Shown here in pieces: positions 13,864 through 28,106 of a DNA stretch of 64,000 nt; position 1 is the stretch's first letter; every line of letters begins with the position of its first letter. Where the stretch lies: the NCBI RefSeq assembly GCF_009914755.1, contig NC_060928.1; one strand, 5' to 3'. The notes beneath the pieces are model-generated. The model made no database searches and had not been told where the DNA came from. It saw nothing but the letters and a program-made list of their open reading frames with translations. The translations under genes were made by a program, and so were the position numbers. This DNA comes from the human T2T-CHM13v2.0 reference genome, Homo sapiens.

Positions 13864-14298
13864 ATAGGTGAAAAACAGGGAAAACTATGGTTCAGAGCAG
13901 CCAGGAGGAGAATCCGAGGAAAAGTGGCTACATTATACCAAATGATACATTTGATGAATAACAATTATCCAAACTGTGTATTTTACATATTCAGTTTCTA
14001 TATTTAATATTACACCTCTTAAAATCACATGATGACTTATCAGTGTGTGATAAGGACTAAATTCAGATGATGCCTGGGAGCCAAAGATAAAGAAATCATA
14101 CTGAGAGGAATGGATGTATTTCGTATAGAAATTCAGTTAATGTTTTTCTAAAGGTGCGGAAACGGCGTCTGGCTCCTTGTGATGAGAATCCTAGCTGGAT
14201 GGAGCAGGGATTCAAGGGAAAGAAGTCAGAGGAATAGGACTGCATGAGCTGGGAGGCCTGGCAAGCGCTATGCATGATTGGTTCCTGCCCAGTCAAAT

Positions 14299-15017
14299 TG
14301 AGGCAGGAGAATAGAGTCTGGAGGCTGAGAACCTAAGGCCGTTTCACGCTGACTTCCTATAACTAATTTAAAGGAAAACCCTAACTTTCCAAGCCTAAAT
14401 AACAAAAGGACCAGCGGCTACTCACTTTGTAAACCCCCCACCTTTTCTGCACTGGCAGATGGGAAATTGGCTGTCCACAGCAAATCAGACTGATTGCTGG
14501 TGGAGTCTTCATTTGCAACTTTGTAACTTCACTCCAGCCTCTGAATGGCTGCTGTCCACAACCAATCAGACTGGTTGCCTGCCGAGTCTTCATTTGCATA
14601 GAAGTATAACTTTGTAACTTCACCCTAGCATCTGATTGGTTGCTTGGCGCAACCAATCAGATGCTTGCGCAGGAGTGTGACCTTTGTAACTTCACTTCAG
14701 CCTCTGATTGGCTGCTTTCTGCAACCAATCAGACTGACTGCTAGCTACCGCTTCATGTACGTGAAGTGAGCATGAAGTGGCCAATGGGAAATTTGTAGGG
14801 GGTATTTGAACCCAAGAAGATTCTGTATCCGGGCACTTGAGCTGCTGCTCAGGTTGGCTCCCACGCTATGGAGTGTACTTTCGTTTTTCAATAAATCCCT
14901 GTGTTCCTTCTTTTGTTGCTTCATTCTTTCTTTGCTTTGCTGGGAGTTTTGTTCAATTCTTTGTTCAAAACGCCAGGAACCTGGCCAACTTGCAGTCATG
15001 ACTCTCTATCGGTGACA
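14299..15017 (+). mobile_element. ERV1 solo LTR, MER51-like
   Basis: TG..CA termini, 4-bp TSD AAAT (14295-14298 / 15018-15021), start TGAGGCAGGAGAATAGAGTCTGGAGG, repeated CCAATCAG units, AATAAA near 14890. Confidence 0.9.
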
Positions 15018-16228
15018 AAATTCCTCTGGTCCATGGTGACTTCAGACTGATTCCAGGGCTTACTGCATTGGCGGTCAGATTGATCCCCACTCTCTTCTTA
15101 CTGCTTGCAGTAAAAGGAAGATTGTTATGAACCCAAGCTGGCAGGACTTAGCCTCAGCTTTCAAATACCCACTGTGATGTACCAGTACTTTATAGAAAGA
15201 AAATATTTTTAATCTTTGAAGCCAGAAATTATCCCCTAAATGTATATATGTGTTCACTATTATTTTCCTTGAAAAATATTCTTCTAAATCTTAAAAAATA
15301 TTATGGTTTTATCCAAAAGAAAAATCTTAATTTTGCCTCAGTGATTCAAATCATATTGACGAATGCTGTGTGGTTTAGGTTTTTTCTTAATGATTCAGTG
15401 ATTTATTCCAAATAAGACATATTTCTCCTGGCTGCCTACTTCTACTATAAACATCCCACAAATATTGTACCTTAAATAGCATTCTTAGCAACTGCGAATT
15501 AAAAATCATCTCTATTCAGCTAAATAGTAAGATGATATCCACTTATTATTTCTGATGTTTCCTCTTTTTTCTATGTCTCTATATTTCTGCATTTAAATGT
15601 GTGGTTTAAATAAAATATGCAATACAAAATGTAAAATATGACAACTGTTTTACTTTAAATAATATCTAGAACAACCAAGACTTATCTATAATTTTTTCAC
15701 TAAGGATAGTCCCAAGGAATAGTATCTTTATCATCTTCTGTAGGGTCCTTTTAATTGTAATTATGCATAGCACATGGCCTTTTAAAACTTGTAATTTTTA
15801 TTTATGATGTTTAAAAATGCAGTGGTCATAATATAAAATAGCTTCAATTAGTATATTTATTCTTTCTCCACTGCAGTCTTTAAAAACGAATAATAAACTC
15901 CCAGTGAACTTTTACCCTGTAAATGACCTGATATGACACATTTGAACTTGCAGTGAACTTACACATGAACTTTCAGTTATCCTCTGAGAAATACAGCAGA
16001 TGGAAAATAGGCAGATTTTTCAAATATTTTCAGAAGCAGGACTTTGACATGCTCAACAGAGGGAACAAGGCCAGTTATCTCTTGGCAGTGTTTACTTTGC
16101 TGGCTTTGTTGCACTGCAGGCTGTTTAGTTACATTATATGCCTGAACAGAGAGTTTCAGTTATATTTGTGTTTGACTGACACCTTGATTTTAAACCAGCT
16201 CTTGTGTATATATTTAAAGACAAAATTA

Positions 16229-16482
16229 ACTTTGGGAGGCCGAGGCGGGTGAATCATGAGGTGAGGAGTTCAAGACCAGCCTGGCCAAGATGGTGAAACC
16301 CTGTCTCTACTAAAAATACAAAAATTAGCCAGGCGCGGTGGCAGGCACCTGTCGTCACAGCTACTGGGGAGGCTGAGGCAGGAGAACTGCTTGAAGCTGG
16401 TGGGGCAGAGGTTGCAGTGAGCCAAGATCGCACCACTGCACTCCAGCCTGAGTGACAGAGTGAGACTCTATCTCAAAAAAAA
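16229..16482 (+). mobile_element. AluS, 5'-truncated
   Basis: Begins at ACTTTGGGAGGCCGAGG; A-tail; TSD AAAGACAAAA(T/C)TAA. Confidence 0.93.
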
Positions 16483-17436
16483 AGAAAGACAAAACTAATT
16501 GGGTCATAAAATACAACAAATTCTAAGAGAACTTTATTGAATCAATTGAAATAATATTGTTTCTAATCATTTAAATACTAGGGGGTTTTAAAAGTTCATT
16601 TCAGATTTTAGAATATGAATCAGCTATAATGTCTTTGACTTTAAATAGTTTTCAGCTAGGAATTCAGGTCAAAATGTATGTGGTTTCTGAAAGGTCACTT
16701 GGGAAAAGAAGAGAATTAACTGAGCACTAACTAGTCTACTATTATTGCTATGGTGTGAGATAGGCTCCTTAGAGTTACTTAATCCTGACAACTTTCTTCC
16801 AATGTAAGTTCATTTTACAGAAGACAAAATCATGCTCATTTTATAGAGAAGGGAGACAAAGTTTGAGTAACTTGCCCAAGAAAACACAGCTAACTAGTAT
16901 TCAACTTTAGTTCTCTTAGACTCTCAAACCCTTGCTCCTTGAACAATTTCATGCTCCCAGAAACAAAATATTTTGTTTGATCAAATAACTGCTAAAGATC
17001 AAAGTGTGATAAAACTCTAATACTTTTATAATCTTTATTTAGAGAATTTAAAGAGTTTCTTTATTCCAAAATATCTTTAAATAACTTAGATTGAATAAAT
17101 TATTTCAGAAAGCTCTCAGTGGTTTGAAGATAGTAGCTAAGATTTCTGCTTCTCTTGACAAAAAAACTATACATCTATTACATTTACCAAAAAAATGCAG
17201 TCGTATATACTATTTATCTTCTGAGATGCATCTCTTTCCTTAGAATCAATTCTTTTTAACACCCACTTTATTTTCAGATCATAATTTATTCATTCTAAGC
17301 AGTGTTTTAGATTTATTTAGTTGAGAGAGATTATATTTAATGGACATAGATGTGTGAAATGGCACATAACTGCATTTATAAGATCAGAATGTGAACTATG
17401 TTAAGCTATCATTAGTCCAGCTTTTTTGACATTTGA

Positions 17437-19081
<1,645 letters not shown>

Positions 19082-19345
19082 GACCTGCTGTGAACTTGTC
19101 AGTGATGTAATTTAAATGTATAAGAAGTCAAAATAAGTTATTATTCCTTTTAAGGGACTTTCTAATATCCTTCATTCTTTAATTTTTGCATTTTTTCATT
19201 TATTTTTAAAAATAATTTTTTCATTAAAAGTAGGAACAGATTTTATGTTAAAATAAGTGATGCTGTTTTTCTCTCCAATGTTTAGCTTTGGAAGGTAGGG
19301 AAGTGTAAGCTCAAAGAGCAAAGAGGTCTATTCCTTCTTCCTTAT

Positions 19346-19465
19346 TTTTTTTTTTCCTAGAGATGTGATCTCTCTTTGTTGTGCAGGTTGGACTTGAACT
19401 CCTAGGCTCTGGCCTTAGCTGCCCAAGTAGTTGGGACTACAGGCATGCACTATTGTACCTAGCTC
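19346..19465 (-). mobile_element. Alu monomer (FLAM-like), antisense
   Basis: Poly-T + GAGATGTGATCTC..GAACTCCTAGGCTC..GGGACTACAGGCATG. Confidence 0.75.
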
Positions 19466-20517
19466 AGTCTTTTGTTAATAAGATCTTCTCTCCTGTTTTA
19501 TTTCGTTACCTGTTAAGAGTTGAGGGAGGAGCACACTAATTTCCCTATGTACAATACATGGGGAGACTTAGTTAGGGGTAAAATATTAATTTCCCATAGA
19601 AAGTAGGGAGAAACCTTAGTTGGGGGATAAGTCCACAGACTATCTTTGGTTTCATGACATTGATTAATATTAATTGGTATATATATATATATATATAGTT
19701 ACTTACTCTTCCAAGATGGCAGTTTTCTTAAATTTGAGGTTTTCATTGTTTATCTTAAACTCCAGGTGTATACTTTGGTACTACAATTATAAAGCATCAT
19801 AGAAGGGAAGTTTAGTTTGGATTTTGAAATGTTAATACAGGAACATATCTGCATGATACTCAAGATGATGTATTTTTTAGACATGATATGCAAATGGCAG
19901 AAAACATCAAATTTAAGCATTTTTTAACAGTGTAATGAAATTTTTTCTTTTGTCCTTTTACTTTAACACAGGCTTTTGAAAGCTACAAAGCAATATTGTT
20001 TCAAATAGTAAAGTGTCAGCTAAAAAAGCTGACTAATAGAAAGTTAAAATAAAATTTTATTAATTTTCTATTAATAATCTAAAAATATGTTAATTGGGAC
20101 TTTTTTATTTCAAGTGACAGAAGCTTAAACTAGCATAAACAAAAAAGGCTGGCAGTCACGTGAACATAAATACACATAATATTTGGATCATATTGTGTAC
20201 CATTTTTGCATCTTTTAAAAAATTTTAACATTAGGAGTATTTCTTCATGATTACATACTCTTTAACATTATTTCAAAAGCGCTTCATAGCATTTCATTGA
20301 ACACATATATCAAAGTGTATGTAACCATCCTACTCTTGTTAGACATTAGATTGCTTCCAATACACTGTTTCCAAATTCTCTGCCCAAGTAGAACAAAAAG
20401 CGTGATTTTCCAATCACTTAAACAGCAGTGAAATTTGAAGCCACAGAATATTTGTCTGAATTCAGAAATAACACTCAAAGGCAGCTGTAATTAGTTATGT
20501 AGTATTTAGCTAGTGAA

Positions 20518-20808
<291 letters not shown>

Positions 20809-21413
20809 ACTAGTGAATATTTTCAATTGTTTATTAAATTCAGTGGGACTCAAAAATAGTTTTTAAAGAACACATTTCTTATAATGAACTTTAAGTCTCA
20901 ATTTACTTTTGGTTTTTGTTTTGGGCTTTTGTCAGTTTGCATTGTGCCAGCCTTTCAAATTTTCTGCATATAATTTTAACCAGTATCAATAACATTTATG
21001 CTAAAGTTTGCAGTTACACTTTTAGAGCCATGAGTTACTTGAAATTTTGCTATAGATGTATTCTCTATATATGCCTTTATTAAAAAATAAAGCCACATAG
21101 GATTAAAACAGTTTTTAATTGTATTTTTCTAATTTTCTACAATGAAATTATGTTTCTATTATAATCTCCCACAGTTTTTTCAAATCTCTATTTTATCTCT
21201 GTAAATATCATTATTATTTCATTATTTAAGAAAACATAATTATTGATTTATATATTTAGAATAGTTTTTGTTTATTTAAAAAAGCTTCTCATGTACAGTA
21301 GTATGATCCATTCTAGGGCATGTTATTCCTATGTAATCTCATTGTTTATATTTGTAAGCTTTGACAATTTTAAATTGTTTATTAAAGTTAGTTTTGACTC
21401 AAAAATGGTTCAG

Positions 21414-21521
21414 GCGAATGCTTGTTACCATGATGGTTTCAGAGCAACTGCAGTCTGCATGATAGGAGAGCCCCAAAGCAATGGAAAAGGAAATGAGAAC
21501 AGCTGAAAGTATTTTTTAAAG
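21414..21521 (+). pseudogene. AtuA/DUF1446-like pseudogene exon E: ANACYHDGFRATAVCMIG/GPKAMEKEMRTAESIF*(R)
   Basis: CAG acceptor (ends 21413) and GT donor at 21522. Matches the family motif ATY.DGFR.TA...G..A..K....E.I..R. Removing A21469 restores GGA GGC CCC AAA (GGPK). In-frame TAA at 21517-21519. Ends phase 2 (AG). Confidence 0.9.
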
Positions 21522-21566
21522 GTGTGTATGTGAAGCAAAAAGACCGAACGTCCAGTCTAGCTAATT

Positions 21567-21668
21567 GTTTTTTTTTATGGACAGGGTCTTGCTGTGTTGC
21601 CCAGGTTGCACTGAAACTCCTGGGCTCAAATGATCCTCCCATCTAAGCCTTCTGAGTAGCTGGGACTA
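21567..21668 (-). mobile_element. Alu monomer (FLAM-like) fragment, antisense
   Basis: T-run + GACAGGGTCTTGCTGTGTTGCCCAGG..CTCCTGGGCTCAAATGATCCTCCC. Confidence 0.8.
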
Positions 21669-23171
21669 ACTAAATTTAAAGTGTCATAGTGATCAAATTA
21701 TTTGACAAAAGTCATTATTACAGTCAATGTTTTCTCCCAGAGTATTTATGTATTCACTCAGCACATTATACATTAAGCAACAGGTACTACTGGCAATACA
21801 AATGAGCCCTATACTAACAACTTTACAGTTTAGTAACGCACAGACCTAGAAAAAAGTTAAGTATTAGGAAAGTTTTATAGATGCCAAGTTTTACCAGAAA
21901 AACCTGTACATTTTTTGTCTTGACTTAGAGATTATGTTCAGAAAGGTAACATAATGTACACAGGTGGTGGAATCAGAACTAACAGACCTATTTGCCACTT
22001 ACATGTTACATCCAACTGTTTGGTGTCTGGAGAGCTCTTCATTTGTTTTAGACACTTCTCTTTTTCTTAAAAATATCCAGATAAAGAAATTTTGTATTAT
22101 TTCTGTAACCAAATTGAATTATATCATGTATTTAAAGTATGTTATAGAGTTAATCAAGAAAACCTAGGTTTAAAAAGGCAAGCCCTATTAATAAAAATAA
22201 GTGTTGGTGAGAGATATTTAAAAAATTCTATTTTTTCTTTATATGAAAAGAGACTCATATCAAATCATGTCATTTTTTTTCAAAAATGAACATCATAAAA
22301 CATTTAATAATACAAAAAAATGTAAACAGGAAAATAAATGAAAACAGTCTTTGATCTCATCACTCAGTAGAGAATCAAAGTGTTTTTAAATTCAAGATAA
22401 TCACAGTTGAATGTTTAAGACTATCTATATCGTTAATTCATACATTCAGTCATTTATTCTTTTAACTAACATTATTGAGTGCCTTGCTACATGGCAATCC
22501 CTTCTAGGCCCTTGGTATATAGTTCTGAGCAGGACACACAAGGTACCTAACCTCTTGGGATGTAGTGAGTGGATAGAAATTATACTAATAACCTCACAAA
22601 CAAAGAATTGCAAAATACTTTGAGGAAAAATTAAAGGATGCTGTGAAAAAGAATAATAGGGGAACATAATTTAATTTGGCAGCAAAGTAAGGCTTTACCT
22701 AAGTAATTTTTTTTTGAAAACAGAGAAACCTGAAAGATGAGTATGAGTTACCTTCTTAGGCACTTAAAATAAAATAAAAGCAATGAAAACATAGGTATAT
22801 GTCACAATATATGACATTTATTCTTGAGTAAATATTGTTGAATCAATAAATACCTCTTCCAAAACATGAGAAAACAAAGTAAGTGTTAAAAGAGAAAGCA
22901 TAAAACAAGATGTCTCAAGTTAAATCAAAATTAGAATAGTGGAAATAAACAAATACTATAATACTGCAAGACAGATAGTGTCTTGCAGTTGATTAAAATC
23001 AGAGCCCAACTAAGTGCTGGGAAGCACATTGAAACAAAAAAGTGCAGGAAAGTTGAAAAAAAAACCAGAATGGGCACGGAACAAGAAGAAAAAGGCAGAG
23101 GAGCAAGAAAAGGAGGAGGAGGAGGAGAATGGGAGGGGGAAAAATAGTGGAGATGGAGATGGTATTAATAG

Positions 23172-23338
23172 TGTGAAGGGAAAATAAATTTTGGGACCCC
23201 AAAATCACTAAGCTAAAGGGAAAAGTCAGGCTGGGAACTGTTTAGGACAATCGGACTGTGTCACAGGCATATCCTTAACTTTGGCAACATAAACTTCCTA
23301 AACTGGCTGAGACTTGTCTCAGATATTTTGCGTTAACA
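23172..23338 (+). mobile_element. Internally deleted MER4-group ERV1 solo LTR
   Basis: MER4-type 5' end TGTGAAGGGAAAATAAATTTTGGGACCCCAAAATCACTAAGC and 3' end ..GAGACTTGTCTCAGATATTTTGCGTTAACA; TSD ATAG on both sides. Confidence 0.8.
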
Positions 23339-24055
23339 ATAGTAAAGCTGGATTCAAGTGGCGTAAAATATTCACAATGAAGATAACGTGGTCATGCATT
23401 TTCATGTGCCAAATAACATAGCACAGAGGCACTTAAGTCAGATCTATTAGATACCTAAAGAGAAACGAAGAGAAATACAATTACTATGGAAGATTTTTAC
23501 CATATCTTAATATTTTATCAAGTTGATTTTTAACAGGACACAAAATATTAGAATAATATAATAGTATTGAATTCATAGCTGCAGATAGAACATTCCCCCA
23601 TCAAACCAAGCATACACCTTGTTTCCAAGTATCCTCAAAACTACCTTAATTCTTTTCAGAAAGCAGATATTTTATAGACCCCTTTTTTGGCCATGTGTAG
23701 TACAACAAATTAATAATTAAACCTTAAGCAACAACAAAAATAAATTCTAATCCTTTATAGATATAAAAAGCGCTGGCATATGTAACTATTGGATCAAAGG
23801 GGAAATGTTCAATTTTAGACTAATGACAAAATAAGGATATTGAGTCTATGACATATCAAATGTGGTTTGAAGCTAAAACTATACTAGAATATAACTTATA
23901 AGCCTTAAATGATTTAGATTGCCCTGTTGCTTTAACTGTAATTGTTATTGAGATCCAAAATGGGTAAACTCTATCAGGAACCCAAACTAAGGGAATGTTA
24001 GAATTGATCTACCACACATTCATGGATATATTTTATTACATATACTTTGGTGCAG

Positions 24056-24164
24056 AACTAGTGTTACGTTTCAAGAAGCTGGTTTAGATTATAGTGAGGT
24101 TCACATTCAGATTTTAGGATCTGAAAAAACATATGTGGCATAAGCTACAATAAATTTAAATGGA
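24056..24164 (+). pseudogene. AtuA/DUF1446-like pseudogene exon F: (R)TSVTFQEAGLDYSEVHIQILGSEKTYVA*ATINLNG
   Basis: TGCAG acceptor (ends 24055) and GTAAGC donor at 24165. Phase-2 start completes Arg from exon E; phase-0 end fits exon G. Motif G..DY..V.I..LGSE.TYG. In-frame TAA at 24141-24143. Confidence 0.88.
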
Positions 24165-24303
24165 GTAAGCAGAACAGATTTCTTATTCCAGTATAAATGA
24201 ATGTGTTGGCATATTGTTAATCACTTATGTATAAAAATACTTATTGTACAGGCCAACCCAGTTAAGGTTTAATGGGTTATACATTTTGGACTACTTCTAT
24301 TTC

Positions 24304-24421
24304 ACAGTGTGTATTTTTTAAAAGGTCTATATTTCTATGACAAGTTTATTTTATATATATATATATACAGTGTGTGTATTTTAAAAGATCTGTATTTCTA
24401 TGACAAGTTTGAATTTTATAT
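24304..24421. repeat. Imperfect ~63-bp tandem duplication containing a TA run
   Basis: ACAGTGTGT..ATTTT..AAAAG(G/A)TCT(A/G)TATTTCTATGACAAGTTT occurs twice. Confidence 0.8.
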
Positions 24422-24437
24422 TTGTCTATGGCAAACC

Positions 24438-25832
24438 ATATTTTGTAGAATGTCCCCTACCTACTTTTTGAAAATACCAACTTCCATAGGATAAACAATA
24501 GAAGATCATTTGTACAATTGGCAGTTTCTGGTGTTTAATAAACAAGGGTTTATGCTTCAATTCAGTGATTTAGGAGATATGATGTTGAAGGCTTAGAGAA
24601 AATAATAAAAATTAATACCATTCTATATCCATCACATCAGGAACAAGAAAGTCTCTTTTCATTCTATTCTCTTCCTTTCTTGCTCCACCTTTATATTTGT
24701 GCTATGTTCAAGCACTGGGGTGTCACGTATGTGATTTTCTTAAAAAATTCTTAAGGAACTGTGAATCTTTAAATTTTCAACTTCTACTTCTTAATATATG
24801 CTGTTCTTTATCAGTAAAAACAGAAGTAATATTCTATTTTTGCTGAAAGTTTTCTAGCTTTTCACTAGAAAAGGGATCAAATATTCAGAATTAAGATTTT
24901 TTTTGCTTATCTTAAAAAAAATTTTTAACTATAAAGCATGTCTTAATCTATTGTGACTACCCATTAAAAATTAATTTCATTAATCTAGTTTAATTTGAGG
25001 CTTTTTGAGATTACTTTAAAAATATAAATGAGAGAATTAAAGTATAATCAATATCTTATTAAATTATGGATAATAAATTTGACCTTGTCTAGGTAGTTTC
25101 TTTCCTCTATCCATATATTTATTCCTAGCAGCATTATTACACATCTTGTATTACTTATAAGCTTTCTATTCACATCTTTTATCTGTTTGAATATTTTTTA
25201 GAACTTTTAATGCCAGTAATCATATTCACGAAGGTTTGGTCATCTTACTAATTCTGGGATTATTTATAGACATTTTGGTCTATAGTGATTATTTTCATTT
25301 AATAAATGTTAATCAAAGATAGGAAAATGTTTATAAATAACAATGACAACAATAACAATAACAATTAACACTTAAAATTTATATGTATTGAATACCAGCT
25401 TAAGTTGCTGAAAGTAACAGAGGTAGAAATTTGCTTTTAAAATAAACCATTAGCTCAATTCCTAGAAACAGGTGTTAACTAAAGCCATTGTTTTCTTGAC
25501 TCGAGGTACAGTATGTGATGACTTTTCCTTAAATTGCATAAATAGGAATACTTGCAGTGCAGAGTTAATTACCTTCACCTGGTTGATCGTGTGCTCTGTT
25601 TTAATGGAATGAAAAGAGACTTTCCTGTTCCTGATGTGATGGATATAGAATGTTATTAATTTTTATTATTTTCTCTAAGCCTTCAACATCATATCCCCTA
25701 AATCACTGAATTGAAGCATAAACCCTTGTTTATTAAACACCAGAAACTGCCAATTGTGTAAATGATCTTCTATTGTTTATCCTGTGGAAGTTGATATTTT
25801 TAAAATGTAGGTAGGGGACATTCTACAAATAT
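24438..25832. repeat. Long inverted repeat: arms 24438-24668 and 25603-25832 (~95% identical), ~930-bp spacer
   Basis: Hand alignment of the left arm to the reverse complement of the right arm gives ~11 differences in ~230 bp. Confidence 0.95.
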
Positions 25833-28006
25833 CTGACTGGTATTTCTCAAAACTAAACTGGTATCAATGCATATAATTTAAGTAAGTTCTAAACAAAAGT
25901 TAATTTGAATAACATTTTACTAAAGTAATTTTTATGGCTTTTGTGAAGCAGTTTACATTGGTATATGGTTTGCACTAGACAAAAGTGGGTGAATGTTAAA
26001 AGGGAAAGGGTTAGAAAGAGGGAAGATCACTTTGTCCTAGTTTCAAGTATCAAAATCCAGAAGTGATTTCTGTAAAAAAATAATAATAATTATGCTCTTA
26101 TAGCATAATAACAAACATTATTATTAAAAAACAAATTAACACTAATTGAGGGATTAGTATGTGGCAGGCGCTATTGTTAAGTGTTTTATTTGTGTTAAGT
26201 CATTTAGTGCCCTGACAACTTTCTTTTAGGTAGGTTCTGTTCGTAGTTCCTTTTAAAGATGAGAAAAGAGGCGTAGAGAGATTGAGTCCTACATATATAC
26301 ATGAGGTTATACCTAAGTCATACATAAGATGTTGCAGCTAACGAGGGACAGGGCCAGATATTGAATCCCCTACAGTCTAGTTCCATTTATCACAAAATTC
26401 ATTTAGTGTAAAGAATCAATTAAAAATATATAAAACTGTCGTAGCTGAATTATGAAAGCTTGAATAACATGAAAAGATCATTTATTAAATTTTAGAAGAG
26501 AATAAAATTAAAATAATGTATTTTAGAGTCCTAGATATATTAAAGTAAAAATAACTCAAGTATCTTTATTGAGACGTTTTTCTATTTAGAAAATTTACTC
26601 TTCTATATAAAAATAAACTCAACAAACTACTGGCTAAATATTTTACTTCAAAACACTTTTTGGAGAAAGGCTTCTTGTTTTCATAATTTTTGCAATCTGT
26701 TATTAATTTTATTTATCAAGCTCTAAAAATGACAAGAACTTCTTGTGTTTTATTTTGTAGACTAGTGTGTGGTAAGGTCAAGACATAAACTTAGGGACTA
26801 TTTAGAATTATATGGGAAATTTTAGATGCTTGATAAAATCCAGAAACAGAAACCAGGCGTCACAGTGCGGATATTTCTCTATACACAGGAATATGTGCTC
26901 TGTTAGTTGCCTGGCAGTGTAATTGCCATATTTTAATTCACTAAATTAAAATTAGTAAATATTGAACTTAAAATGAAAGGTTATTTATTATGAAAGCAAC
27001 TTATTGTATCTTGTAAGTTTCTCTTTATTAAACATGCTTGAAAACATTACCTATGTCTATTTTTCATGGTCTGACTATAAACTCCAATTTAGTCACATAA
27101 TTAAATTGTCAAATGGATTCTTTAAGTTGGATTTTGAGAGAGAGTGAGTGACAATAAACATGATGGGAAAGGTATTAATTTACTTTGATTATTGGTCTGA
27201 TTAAAATAACTATATCTCATATTTGTACTTGAAGAAGTGTTTCACATCTGATGGAACATTTTTTTTCATCATAATAGCTCTAAGAAGCACTTAGGAAGCT
27301 GATATGATCTGTGTTTTGCCGAAAAGGCAAATTAAGTTATGAAGAAATGAACTGACTTAATTAAGGACAAGCAGGTATTTAGAATAAGAAGCAGAACTAG
27401 ACCTTAGACTTCCACTCCTTTCCAGAGACTTTCCAAATGACTGCACATTTCAAAGGTGATTGACAAGTTCTTAAAATTTTCAAATTAGATACTTTAATGT
27501 ACATATTTATACCATAAGTCTGTTTCAAACTAGGAGAACTGATTTATTCTATAATAAGCTATCTATTTACTACAGACCATCTTTGTTGCAGATACTCTAT
27601 AGAGGAAATAGAGCTGTCTCAGTTACATACATATCATTTAAAATCAGCAGTCATATGAAACAAAGCAATGGGTATCAGTTAAATAAAAGAGTAAAAAACA
27701 AAGGAATTTTACAAATATAATTTATATGATTTTTTTCTAGCTTTCATTATTGTGTGTCAAGTTGTATTCCTAAGATAAAATTAATTATTATTAATTTATG
27801 AGGGACCAAAAGGGTTATCCTCTGTTTTCAGTAAGTTGTTTATCTTGTGTGTACATGTGTGGCATAATTACAAAAATTTATAACCTTCTCATAGTAATCA
27901 TACAAACTAGATGACCCAGAAAAAAATGCTCTTTCATGGTATGCAAATACAAATTTGTGCCTTATTTTGAGGTATGCTCTTGTTAGTTTCTATTCTTTGT
28001 TATTAC

Positions 28007-28106
28007 GGTCCTTTAGAAGGTGTCTTTTGTCTTTCAGTCCATCATAAACAGAAGATGGCAGTGGAAATCTTTTCTAGAGAAACTGCACTAGCAGGGACTG
28101 GAATGG
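28007..28106 (+). pseudogene. AtuA/DUF1446-like pseudogene exon G: GPLEGVFCLSVHHKQKMAVEIFSRETALAGTGM(A)
   Basis: Open frame within ORF 27974-28189. Matches motif RE......V.H....A..IF.RE.A.AGT.M. The acceptor is degenerate (TATTAC|GG); GTAACT donor at 28107; ends phase 1. Confidence 0.88.

Noticed and set aside
26761-26771. 11-nt microexon-like segment TTTTGTAG|ACTAGTGTGTG|GTAAGG
   Set aside because: Exons F and G already join in frame without it; no other support.
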